Positions 34,301 to 47,600 of a stretch of 64,000 nt of DNA are shown here, piece by piece. A program made the translations under genes and the position numbers. This stretch comes from Yuukianura sp. NJ FZ-2021. Lineage: Eukaryota. The stretch's first letter is position 1; the number at the start of each line of letters is the position of its first letter. The stretch lies in the NCBI GenBank assembly GCA_046563655.1, contig CM102290.1, forward strand, positions 14,880,001-14,944,000, read 5' to 3'. The notes under the pieces are model-generated. The model saw only the letters and a program-made list of their open reading frames with translations. It made no database searches and was not told the origin of the DNA.

Positions 34301-36885
34301 AACCGGATCGGTCGCTTGGGGAGGTCTATCCGTATCGGGAGACGGAGTCGGAATTTGTTCTGTCGTTTCGGTTTCGTTATCGGTTTGCGGAGTTGTGGGG
34401 ACAGCAGTTTGTTCTATGGGTTGTGAATAAGTTGGTGTGGGTTGTATGACACTGGGTGACGAAACCGTGTCGGAGACCGTGACAAAAGTGTTTTGTGGAG
34501 CCGACGGTGACGGAGAAACAGAGATCGGTAGTGAGGGGGTCAAGGTCAACTGGGGACTGGACATCACTAGAGTTGGAGTCAGTTCCACGGTGTACACTGT
34601 CGTGACCTTCGTTTGAAAAATGACCATAGTTTTGGTCACGAGAATGACACTGGCGTGACCTTTGCCCCCTCCGTTGTCTTCCCAAGCAAGGCCGCCATCT
34701 TGGTCCGACGAACTGGGACCATCACCGGATCCCGCCCACAGAAAATCTTCCAGTCTAAAATCAAAGGTCAAAGGTCAAAGTTTAAATTGGTCAATTAACA
34801 ATAAGTTAAACATTACTTGTACTTTCGTCGTAGTGTTTCTGTGGGGTCATCCGGGTCAAAGGAACTGCTGAGGTGCTCGTCGTATGTACTGGGCGCCAAA
34901 CCTTGAGTTTCAAACTCAACTTCACTTTCATTTCCTGTCAAAACCAAAAAATAGTTTCAAATTTACCGCCTCTTTCCATTTTTTAAACTTGTGCCGTTTT
35001 AACACTGTGTTTTAACATTGGTCACCACGTGAGTTTCTGTTTTTGAGGTCAATCTCCACCCATAGTTGAGTTGTGAAAATTTGATCTTTGCGAAGATTAC
35101 TATACTTGCTGTAGAAAAACCAACTTCCGCTACTTTCAGTTTTTGTTCAACAAAATGCTCAAAAGTACAAAAAATTGTTCTACTAAAAGAACTCCATTTT
35201 TTTCCTTGTTACAGGAAAACTGTTTCCTTTTAGGTTCAAATCCGACCGTGTAGCTCAACAATGTCAACATTTCAACAACACAAATTTTGAACCAATTTCA
35301 CAAAAATTTTTTGCCAATCCGTGCTAAAAATTAATCATCATGCGGTAAAAAGTAACCAAAAACGCACGTTTTATAGAAAACGTTTTCTTTTTATTACAAA
35401 ACGTCAGGAAAACGTTTTACTCATCCGGATTAGGAATAAAACGTTTTTATTAATTACGAAACGTCACAGAAACGTTTTTTCCATTCAGAACGAAACGTTT
35501 TTTGGTAAAAAGCAAGGCAACTAAACAAAATGACACACCGCATTATAAGGTAGTCTCACGAGCGGTTTTTTCAGCTTTTTTTGCGATATTTTTTAGTGGG
35601 GCGGATTTGCTAGGTTTCCAAGGAAATAAGAATTTATAAAATTCGTGCAAAGGTTGGTTGAGGTAGCAATGAGGTGTTATCTGCAACCAGTGTTTAGTAT
35701 TCAACACAAAATCGACAATTTGCCATTGACATGCATTGAATTCTTAGCAATTATAAGCATAAAACTGATATTATTGCATTTTCTAATCCTAAAACAAGTC
35801 TAAGCCATTGGTCCGACGATTGGTTGGACTGGGTGGTTACAATAGAGCAATTTACTTTGTATTTCGACCAAGGAGTGCACGAAAGAAAACGTTGTCACAG
35901 AAAACTTAAAAACAAACAATCCGCCCCACTATAAATTTACACAAAAAAAGCCGAAAAAACCGCTCGTGAGACTACCTTAGTAATACGGTGTGTCTTTTTG
36001 TTTAGTTGCCTTGGTAAAAAGGAACCAAGTGTTTGAAAATAGCTGCTAATCATGAAACTTTTTGATTAATCATGTGATTAATTAAGTTGAAAAGTGAACA
36101 GAAGTTCAGGAAAAGTTGTGAAACAAAACGAGCATGCAAAAAGCCCTTCCAAAAATCGTTTCGTTTCCCAATTCATTGGTTTGACCTATTTCGAGACACT
36201 CCGCTGGATTTTCCAGCATTTTCTCCTTCTTCCAAAACTTTTTGTGCGGATCAATACAAAAAAGTCAAAAACCTCTGGACATTTCCAGCCAAAATTGTGC
36301 ACAAAAAGTCTATTTCTGTCAGTTTCACTCACACATAAAAGTGAAAGTAAACAAGTTGTCCAGGAGGATAGAAAGTACAGAAGTAATTGTAACTGGACGG
36401 TCTAAATTATTCAAAAAAAAATCCAAATTCCGAGTAAAAAGTGTTTGAGGACCAGGATTTGTGGAACATCCTGTACAACTTGCGTGTCTTAAAAAAACAA
36501 ATAGATTTCAAATTAAAACTTTTCAACCAATCTGAGCAATCGGAACTTGTGTGGATCATTACTATCTTCGTCTGTGATCAATCGATCCAACAACCCACCA
36601 AAACCATGTAACCCCTAACATCAACAAATTATGCACTAAGTTATGGCAGGTCATTGCATAACACACATTGAAAAATGAAAATGTTAACCCGTTGACCCAT
36701 ACCGCTCAATTTTAAAACATAAAATGACCGGAACGAACTCACTTAACGTAACTATGGACATGAGCCATGTAAGTTACATGATGGTTACATGTTACATGAT
36801 GTAACATGACAAAATTACCCGTGGCCAAGTTCCAGTTGAGTTCCAGAACTAGGACTTGGAAACAATAGTAGAGACGGACATCCAT
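31366..36885 (-). CDS. Uncharacterised type I single-pass membrane protein with a mucin-like S/T/P ectodomain (possible KIAA1549/SEA-like module), about 6 exons
   Basis: Phase-consistent exons at about 36885-36819 (tentative, MDVRLYYCFQ...), 34934-34817, 34754-33781, 33353-33114, 33037-32028 and 31965-31366. Contains a Thr/Ser/Pro-rich region, a furin-type RRRRR site, TM helix WLVVATSMMFLLVVVVILLLGVIAW followed by KWK, and a long disordered cytoplasmic tail. Confidence 0.75.
35513..36013. mobile_element. 501-bp non-autonomous DNA transposon (MITE) with ~95-bp TIRs and a perfect 8-bp TSD
   Basis: CAAGGCAACTAAACAAAA...AAGGTAGTCTCACGAGCGGTTTTT...AGTGGGGCGGATT is mirrored at the right end (AATCCGCCCCACT...AAAAACCGCTCGTGAGACTACCTT...TTTGTTTAGTTGCCTTG). 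GTAAAAAG lies at 35505-35512 and 36014-36021. Confidence 0.92.
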
Positions 36886-38014
36886 TGCTTCAGTTGTCCA
36901 GTATCACCAACAACATCTCCCACATTTCAATTTTAACACAATTGACCTCTCCAAAGTTCAAATTCTTTGGATTAGCATTACTCAGGTCGCACTAAACTTT
37001 GAAATTGTCAACTTATTTACAGTCAGCGGCACTTTATGACACAACTCGACAGATTTCCACTCGCTTGTTGTGGACGGACCTTGCCGGAAGAGGAACCGGA
37101 AGGAACTGAATCAAGTGAGGAGGTCCAGTGGGGAATTGGCAAAAGTAGAAGGGGAAGTGGGTGTAGAAACAATAGAGAAAGTACACAATGGATCCACGCA
37201 AACGCAACTTTACTTTGCCATTACTCACCTCCTAGTGGACAGTCTGGACACAAACTACCGTTGGAACTTCAAAGGAATCCAAACACTCAAAAGTTACCGA
37301 GTCCAAGCACATGATGACGTTTGTGGTTCACGGACTATGATTCACACGTCCAATCAATACACTCTACTCACAATTCCTTCAAATTTAATCAATTGTCTAA
37401 ATTGAGAAAATCATCTAAAGACATTCGTTTTTTACTTTATTTAATACTGTAGAGTGCGAAATGTTCCAGGAATCCGCGAGACCCAATGAGGAATGCGGAT
37501 CCAGGCTCTGGACCAATCAGGAGTCGAGGCCAGGTTTTTTGCAACTATTGTTTCGGAATTGTTTCGGTGAGTAGCTAAACCTCCGTCTCCAGTAGATGCA
37601 ATACTGCAACGGAATGGAATGTTGATCTGTGTTTTGATTACTGCGAGTATAATTATAAGATTAAAGTAATTGGATTTAAGTTAATTGAAAGTTAATTGTT
37701 TGATTAGAATGGTTTTTCGTTCCTGGAGGCCCGGAGGAGCGGAGGGTCTCTCTCCTCATGTTTTTTCATCTCAAGTGACGCCGCGAAACAAGGAGGGACG
37801 ATGAGATCCAAGGGTGGGAAGGCGTTTTTGGTTGAAGTCAGGCATAAACGCATAATTGCAACCACATATTAGAGGACACGTTAGAATTGCTATTATTACA
37901 TTTTAGTATTATTACTATAATTACAACGTAAAGTCAGGAAATAAATAGTAGTATAATTACATGCTACATGTTACATAGAGCAGCGGTTTTTGGTTTGTTT
38001 ATGAAATGGAACCA

Positions 38015-38250
38015 TTTTCCTCATGCATGAGAATTTTAAAAAAATTCCAAAATATTGTTTTTTCAAAATACCATTACAGCTTCTACCTTTCTAGCTGATT
38101 ACTTTTGAACAAAGTCATGGCTAGAATTAAAAAAAATTCCCTGAAATGTATTTTCCTCGTTTATGAGAAATCTAAAAAATTCCAAAATATTGTTTTTTCA
38201 AACACTAACTAACGTATTACTTTTGGAAAAATCATGGTTAAGCTTAAAAA
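38015..38250. repeat. Diverged ~135-bp tandem duplication
   Basis: ATTTTCCTC...TGAGAA...TAAAAAATTCCAAAATATTGTTTTTTCAAA...ATTACTTTTG...TCATGG occurs twice. Confidence 0.7.
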
Positions 38251-38732
38251 ATAGGTAAGGCCTGGGCCGTAGCCCTGCATGTATTTTGATTACAATTTTA
38301 TTTATTCTGGCCAAATTAAATAAGCGAACTTCAGGTAGAAGGGTACAACTATTGTATCCCACCCTTACTGCAACCGCGTGGCTTTTTTCTCTTCTTTTTT
38401 TAGCTGTTTATTGCATCCTTGGATCTCCATATCCTCAATCTTCAATCTTACCTTTGTTGTACAGAGTTAATTAATCAATCAAACACTGATTGATTAATTA
38501 GCACAGCGTTACACTACACTACCAACTTCATCCGGTAGTCCACCATCTAGCAACTTCAACAGCAGTAGAACTTCGTTCTCAAGGTAAAATTAAATCTGTT
38601 TCATCTCCTGGTGTATCAATCACCTGATTTTCCATAATCCTTCAAATTATGATTCTTACTCAACAACAGACTGGAGGAAGAGAACACACCCGAGATTAAT
38701 CGGAGTTGCTAATTGATTTCATTTGATTCCAG

Positions 38733-40957
38733 ATGCAGCGTAGATCGTTGCGAGGACGAGTGTCTGATGCTCAAATAAAGGAAGCCGAACCAGCTCCACC
38801 AACTCCTACAACTTCAGCCGAGGAAGAAACAAGTGAACCCGAATTGTCCGAACATGAACCAGAGCCGGAAGTTCCTCCAGTCGAACCTCCGCCACCGAAA
38901 CGTCGTCCAGGTCGCCCAAGAAAATCGGAGCAAAAGCAACCTGAGCCGAAACCCCCCGTTCTCAAGCCTTTTACACAGAATGACGGTGATGTGGTTCTCA
39001 ATGCCAGAGGAACAGTAAGTATTAAATAAGAAACAACTGATTAGACAATTTTCGATTTCTAATAATTCGAATCTACGTTGCAGCCCATGAGACAGCGGAA
39101 ACGCAACCGGTTCTATGAAGACGACGAGAAACCAGACCCGGTACACCGAGCCAAACCGGAGAAGAAGATCAAGATGGAGCCGTTGCAGATTCTGTTGGAT
39201 AATCCCAGTAACTGTCTCAAGGTGACTCCGATCATATCCGCTGGACTGGAGCTGGAAGAGGCTGAGGTGACTGTTGACCTCACTGCTCCATCACAACCTC
39301 AACCTCAACTGCCATTGGCCAGGAAATCCGTCGTGAAGCTCATACTCCCTTCACCTACAAAATTTGACGATCCACCGGCCGAAAAGGGGCCTCAAGTGGA
39401 AGAAAAGCAAGTTGAACCGAAAGTTCCGAATTTGACGAAACCGAATGTACCCATCATGAATCCAGTCAAGGTCATGAAAACTGAAGTTCCACGGAGCGAT
39501 TCGGGAATACGACGAATTGGCTACAATCGAATGGACTCCAACCGTCGTTCTGACTTTACTTCCTTCATTCGCTTCTTTGCTAACGTCAAGACCCGGGTGA
39601 TCCTGCCTGATCGCTGGGGTATCAATGGCATGATGTACGATCCACTACGGAAGATGAAGACGTTTACGTTGAATGAAATGCAGATCAGTAACAACGGAGA
39701 TCTGGTTATCCGCAAATGCATCCAGGTAACTAAAAATCTCATTAAATTAACAGCTAATTTCTCAGATTTTGCATTTTTTCTTTAGGTATTTGAAGATTTG
39801 AGCTTGATGATAAGTGTCCACGGTCGCGATCTGACGGACAGGATCGGAATCCGAAAGGTGTTGTCTGACCAAGACGTTCCCACGGTGGTGGCCAAGGTTC
39901 ACGGTGTCAAGGTTTGTTCCGGTGTGAAGGCTTTTGAGACTCAAGATTTGTCGTTTCATCCAATGGCGAAGAAGAGAGGCTCTTGCTACTTTTCCAGCGA
40001 ATGCAGCACAGTTTTGACCTTCAATTCCACTGGAGCCCTGTGTGCCCCTTGCAGCAAGATGAGGAATGCGATTCGTCGGCGCAGGGTCAAGGTCAAGCAG
40101 GAGCAGGAGAAAACAGCAGCAAAGTAAAACATAATAACTTATCTTACTAAATGTTCAATTTAACTGTTTGATTGTTTGGTTTCAATTTCAGACCGAATGT
40201 GAAAAAAGTCCAAGGTGCTTTTGGAAAAACTTTGTACGGAATGCTGGATCAGCTCATCACAGAGAACAAACCAAAGCGACACAGCAGGGTTGGACCACTT
40301 TCGGAGATTCGTATGGAGTCTGCCGCTGCTGGCACTCGTGGTCGACGTAGCTGTGGTCCGAGCATCAAACCTCCACGGAAACAACGGTCGGAACAAAAAC
40401 CGCGAAAATCCAATAAGGTATGGACAATTTTCAACTTTTCCCGCCAAGATTCAAATACCTTTATTTCGTTTTAGACTGCTGCCGCTGCCTCTGCTTCCAT
40501 TGGAACTCCAATCTCCATTTCTCAGTTGATTGATTCCAGCGGTGGTCTGCCTGTACGCCAAGCCTACCTTCCAGACGGTACTGTCGTGAACTACTTAACC
40601 CTGGCAGGAGATGGGGGAAACATTGTCATTCAAAATGGGGGCGAGTTTGAGTTTAGTGATGGTCAAGAGTACGAGATCATCGGAGAGGCTGATGCTGGAG
40701 GTGAGTCGATGCTGCCCATGCAAATACTGGACCCAACTCCAGCGGAACAGACCATCCAAATCATCGAAGTGGACGATCAGACCATGGCCCAACTGGCCTC
40801 TCAGAACATCAACATTAACAACATGAACAGCGTGTTCTTCGGAGATCCTGCCAACATCCAAGTGACAGAGATTGACCCCAATGACCCCAACACTATGTTC
40901 AAGGTCATCCACTCTGGACAGGAACTCTACCTCCAGGAGGATCAGAAAGTTATTTAA
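38733..40957 (+). CDS. Uncharacterised nuclear protein with an AT-hook and a Cys-rich putative zinc-binding motif, 5 coding exons
   Basis: Phase-consistent GT-AG exons at about 38733-39013, 39084-39725, 39786-40122, 40192-40417 and 40474-40957. Motifs: KRRPGRPRK (AT-hook); VCSG...YFSSEC...LCAPCSKMRNAIRRRR; acidic, Gln-rich C-terminus. Confidence 0.8.
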
Positions 40958-41863
40958 AGGGAACCTTTGTTTGTCGTATGAGGCAAAATATTTCCAAAAA
41001 CTAAGAATGGGAGCCTTTGTGTGTCGTATGAGGCAAAGGAGATGTGGATTCTGGATGTCTTGTGTCAGAGTTAAATGAAATGTTAAGCCTAGGAGTTATG
41101 TAAAATTGTTAATTAATTAGTTACTCTCCTTGTAGCTTTCGATGTGCATAATTTTTGCAGAATAATTCACTCAAAATGAAATAAATATTTCCAGGTTCAA
41201 ATTTTAGTTAAAAAAAATGATCAACGTTTCGTTAAAACTGCTTTATTTTTCCACAATTTTTTTGAGAAATTGGCCATCGGAAGCATTCGGTTCATTTTTT
41301 TAATGAATTAGTTCGTTTTTTTTGTGAAATTTTTGAATTTTTACCTAAATTTTGTTATGAGGAAGAAGATTCTGCTGGGAATTTGAGCGGCCCTGCCCGG
41401 GAACGATACGAACCGAAACGGTACTCTGCTGGCTCCTTTAAGTTTTCGTTTTGTTTTTTCTCATTTCTCATATGTTAATTATATTTGTCACTCACTTTTC
41501 AAACACAAATTGATTAACTTACTTCCTACTTGCTTTACACTTCAATTACATCAACAACCACCAGTCGTAAGGGCAATCAAGAGACACCGGTTGGTCGGTA
41601 ACTTATTCGGTAAGTTTTTTTGTTAGTCTGTTAGTTAGTTTCGACACAATTACGTTTTGATTAAATGTTAACGTTGTAACGAATAGATACAACTAAATCT
41701 AAAGGAGTAAGTTGATTTTAACAAGGTGGAGGTACGCGGTACTTACTAGGTACAACTAAAAGCTAATCGGTACCCTTGAGTTTAAGTACTCATGAGTTTG
41801 TCTGGTCTAATGATTCATCTGTTTTGTAGATTTTCTGGTGGGTACGACTACTATCCAAGAAAG

Positions 41864-42747
41864 ATGGATTTCCAGCACCGTGCGGGTGGGAAGACTGGCG
41901 GTGGAGGCGTCGCATCATGGTCCGACTCCAACAGAGACCGTCGAGAGCGCCTTCGTCAACTGGCCATGGAGACAATTGACTTGGCCAAGGACCCTTACTT
42001 CATGAAGAACCATTTGGGAACTTATGAATGCAAACTATGTCTCACACTCCACAATAACGAAGGATCGTACCTTGCTCATACGCAAGGGAAGAAGCATCAA
42101 GCCAACTTGGCCAGGAGAGCTGCCAAGGAAGCCAAAGATGCCCCCACAGTCGTAATTAATCATACACTAATCAATTAATCAAAGTTATCATTCAGGAACT
42201 CACTTGTTTCTTGATTTATAGCCGACACTGGACAAACCCAGAGTGGAACATAGACGATTTGTGAAGATCGGACGACCGGGATATCGTGTGACGAAGCAAC
42301 GAGATCCGGAGACACATCAGCAATCGCTGCTGTTTCAAATTGACTACCCAGAAATCGCTGATGGAATTCAGCCCAGACATCGCTTCATGTCTGCCTATGA
42401 ACAACGGGTGGAACCACCCGATCGCAAGTGGCAGTACATTCTCTTTGCTGCTGAACCTTATGAAACGATTGCTTTCAAAGTTCCGAGTCGTGAAGTGGAC
42501 AAGGTAAGTCACTTAAAACTAAAAGGTACTAAAACTAACTAAACTTCAGCATTAACTTTTTTCATTATTTCAGCACGAACAGCGATTTTGGGTATTCTGG
42601 AACCGGGACACGAAACAATTCTTTTTGCAGTGCACTTTCCGAACTGAACAGCAAATGCTGAAGGTCCGTGCTGCTGGATTCCAAAATCAGTCGTCTCAAG
42701 GATTTCCACCAATGGGAATCATTCCCCCGCCACCACCGAACTTGTAA
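41864..42747 (+). CDS. SF3A2: Splicing factor 3A subunit 2 (3 coding exons)
   Basis: MDFQHRAGGKTGGGGVAS...DLAKDPYFMKNHLGTYECKLCLTLHNNEGSYLAHTQGKKHQANL...FVKIGRPGYRVTKQRDP...PRHRFMSAYEQRVEPPDRKWQYILFAAEPYETIAFKVP; short Pro-rich tail. Confidence 0.97.
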
Positions 42748-42913
42748 CTTTTTCAACTACTTTTGACTAAAATAAATTACGTTATTTGCTCTAACTTCAA
42801 TTACTTGTTTCTACAACTTGTGTAATAAATGAGAAAGTTATAGTTGTGTAGAGAAGACGAATTAAAACAGTTTATTGTTTTTCCAAATACAAAGAGTACT
42901 ACACAGTTCTACC

Positions 42914-43715
<802 letters not shown>

Positions 43716-43720
43716 TGTTT

Positions 43721-43734
43721 AGAAGGAATGGAAG
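43721..43734 (-). promoter_or_regulatory. 5' terminal oligopyrimidine (TOP/TCT-type) tract of RpL27A
   Basis: CCTTCCATTCCTTCT lies immediately upstream of AAACA-ATG|GTAAGT. Confidence 0.6.
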
Positions 43735-44674
43735 GTTAGTTAACGATGAGCACAACCAATTAGTAATTGGTAGTGACAAGTTCTGTTCTCGTGCTACTGA
43801 AGACGGAGTCCGGTGTGGAAGTGTCTTATGCTATGCCAGAGTATGGAGTGACGAAAAGGGACAGGAGATGGAGCATGGACGAGGTTCGCAAATCAGGCAC
43901 CAGAGTGTCTAGTGTCTAAACTTCCGTCCTTAACTTAATTTATAACATAATTAACTAATTAAAATTAAGCAAAGTGTGTTAAACTTAATTAACTTACATC
44001 ATAGTTACCGTAATTATCAATTAAATTAAGTTTAATTGGTACGTTTCTGAAGATGATATTTCGAATACATCAAGGCGCCAAAAAGACGGACCTCATTTCA
44101 AATGTTTTTTTCGTGAAAAGTTTTCATTTGAATTCAAAAGGTGGCGCTGCATGAGAAAAAGCGGCAAACCGGGAATTCAAATTTTTTGATTTAAGAAAGT
44201 ACCGTTTCGGAGGCGGGAGGAACTGTCGCGGTTTCTCTCAACTCCTTGCCATTGAACCTAATGCAAATTTTTTTTAGTGAAAAAAACATTACCGTTTCGA
44301 ATATCGGTATTAGTTGTACCGATTTTTCGGTTTCGCGAACCGAATGCACTTCAGTGAATTCGGATTAATTTGCAATGCATTGATCTACCGGCGCTCCCCT
44401 TCTTCACATCTCTCCTTTCCCTTTCGTTTTTGTTTTGTTTTCGTTTTTTTTCTTGTTGTGGATCTGGTCCGGGTGATGTCAATGTCAATACAAGTTTACT
44501 AAACTACTGTCTAGTTAATCGATTAATCTTAACTAATTAAGTTTTCAGCGTCAATAACTTTAGTTTACTCTCTGGCAAAGTCTCAATCAAGTCACTAATA
44601 AGTGAACGAAGAGAGCCCTTCGTTATTTTGGCTGGGAAGGTCAAAGGTCAGACAGCTACCGATTATTGGAGAAA

Positions 44675-47600
44675 ATGGAAATGTCATTGTGTGATCCAGA
44701 CCTTGTTACCAAAGCAGAGACGATTGCGAAGTCTATCCAGGTATCAAAGTTAATGTAAAATGAATCTAATTGGAGTAATTGAGTAATCGATTGATGTTGT
44801 ATCTAGGTAATCCTGTCTCCTGTTTCAAGTTCCAGTGATAGAGCCAATGCTCAGGCATACTATGACCGGATCCGGGTATCTCATGGTCCATCGGACTTGT
44901 GTGCCCTTGGAGTTATTCTGGTGTCGTCCAAGGCTTCAGCGGAAGTGGTTCAGGCGGGCCTTAGATTCATCCAGGAGACAGTCAAGTATCACTGGGCAGA
45001 GTTGCCACTGCAGCAACGAATCTCTATGAAGGCGAGTTTCAATCAATTAGTTCTCGTAAACAAATTCTAAACTAATTAGGTTATGTTTATAGGAAATGTT
45101 TATGACGACGATGGCTATGGAGGACGGAGGAACCGTGTTCACCATTCCTTATCTGCAAGAAGCAATGGCAAAGTATGTAAAAATTATGTAATTATGTAAT
45201 TCATGTAATAAAGTTATAAATATTTTAGAGCAATTGTGGAAATGGCCAAAAAGGAATGGCCTCAACTCTGGCCAGACTTCTTTTCCGAAATGACCAAACT
45301 GAGTGAACATTCGGATGTGCCACTGTTGATATTTCGTCGATTGGTTGAAGACGTTGTGTCACTCGACGTAAGTAACGAATCAAAAACGTTTTCTAAAATT
45401 TACATAGTAAATACATTTCAGCGTGTTTGACCTTGTCAGACTATAGAGTCGCATGACCGGAAGACGGAACTGTTCCAGAGCTTAAACTTAACGGCGAGTG
45501 ATCTCCTTCACGTCCTCTTTCGTTCATTACAAGAATCTGTCCTAAGGTACACAGCCACCAACGACATTCCTTTGTGCCGCAGAGTGAAACTCCTCCTCAG
45601 TGTAATCGCCGTCTACTTCGACTGGGTCAATACTTCCGCTATTTTGGCCGATGGCAGGATTTGTCAACTAATCGATCTGCTCAAAGTCAAACCATTCCAG
45701 TGCGAAGCACTCGAATGTCTCCAGCAGGTACGAAACCAACAATTGGATTTTATGATTAAGTTTTATACTTTTTAATTCATAATTTATACTTTTGCTACAC
45801 TTAGATTATGGAGAGGAAAGGAACGAAAAAAGAGGCAGAAGTGACTCGAGAGTTCCTCAAATTCGAAAGCTGCCAAAGCATCATGTCCAGTATCACTGCC
45901 TGCGAGCGGACAAACAGTACGGACCAAGAGTTCTTGCATAAACTGGGTGATCTTCTTTGCCTTTTGGGCACAACTGCTCACAAATGTTCCACTGACCAAG
46001 TGACAGTATTCAGACACAACGTCATGATGCTGGCCAATCATGGAGACATTCGAGCTCAGGGATTGGCAGCCTTAGCTTTTTGTAATCTCGTCAAAAACAT
46101 TGAGCGAATGCCTGAACCAAAGCCAATGATCTTGTCAATCGAAGAGTAAGACAAAAGTTTCAAAAAAAATTTTTTTTTTAATTTTTTTTTTCATAATTTT
46201 TCGTTTCAGATTGATCTTTATCCTGATCATGCAATTTCTGGAACCGCCGAATCCCGCAGACAAGGCTGAAATGATCGTGCTCAAACAAAATTTAGTCAGT
46301 TTGCTGCGGGCAGCAGCCAGACTGGACAAGAATTTGTACAGTTTCGTGAGCGGGTGGTTCCACGACTGCCTGCAAAATCGGGCAACTGTTTCTGCCCGCG
46401 CTCATCAGTGGGAAGTCATTGCATTTGTGATTGATGCAGTAGCTCCGTTCGTTCCTTTCGTAAGTAATTGATTGATTAATCAAAGTAATCAAGCTAATTA
46501 GTTTATGTTTTGGTAGGATTCGGATGAACTGGTGAAGTTGGGGAGAGATGACTTGAGAGACGCAATGACCCGGTTCGACGTGGCTGATGACCTCACCATA
46601 AAGTCCGCCATTCTGTCAGTCGTGTCTTCTCTCTTTGTGTTTCTCCAGTTGACGCGCAAGAGAGGGAACTTTCCAGACTCACACTGGAAACTCATCATGG
46701 ACAAAATATTTACGATGGTTTTTGCACTGTTCACCCCTGGAGAAATCTCTGAGGCTCAGTTTGGACTTAGAAACCACGCAGCATCCTTGATGATCAAGGT
46801 AAGCAACTGCGGATGCTGGACCAGTATTTTGTAGTTTCGTAAAAACTGAAATTGACTTGCCTGTTTGTAGCTGGCCATAAAGTTCCCGGATATGCTGATG
46901 ACGGTGTACAACTCACTCAATACGTTGGCCACCACTGCAATGCCGAACATGCGCCATATGGAGATCCAGTATATCACGGAATGCTTCTTCGTCTTATCCA
47001 ACTCTTGGTACGTTCATTATCTTTGCTGCACTAATTAGGCAGTTTCGATTATAAGCGAATTATAGGAATTATAGAGTTATAGAATTATAGAAATAGAATT
47101 ATGGAAATTATGGAATTATAATAGTTATGTAAATTATAGAATAATGAATTATAGGGTTATAGAATTATATGAATTATAGAAATTATAGAATTATGGAAAT
47201 TATAGAATTATAGAAGTATATAGTTATAGAATTATATAAATTATATGGTTTAGCATTAGGAATTATGGAGATTATAGAATTTATGGCGGGGACTTTTCAA
47301 ACTTTTAGGCTAAAATATATCCCTATAATTTCTATAATTTATACCTCAAAGTGCCTAATGTAAACTAATTGCTTTTTTTTCCACCAGGAAGGACTACGAT
47401 CGTCAGAAGCAGTTGGTGGAGCGTGCTCTGCAGGCGGATGCTTGGGCGGACATGAACAGAGTGCTGCAGAGTGGAGAGTCGTTCTTGTCCTTCTTCGAGG
47501 AATCGGGGTTTGTGCAGCGGAAGAACATTGTGTCCCACAACCTGCACATGCTCTACGCAGCTCTCCGTCGTATCCAGCCTATTGGACTGGAGGAGGAGAG

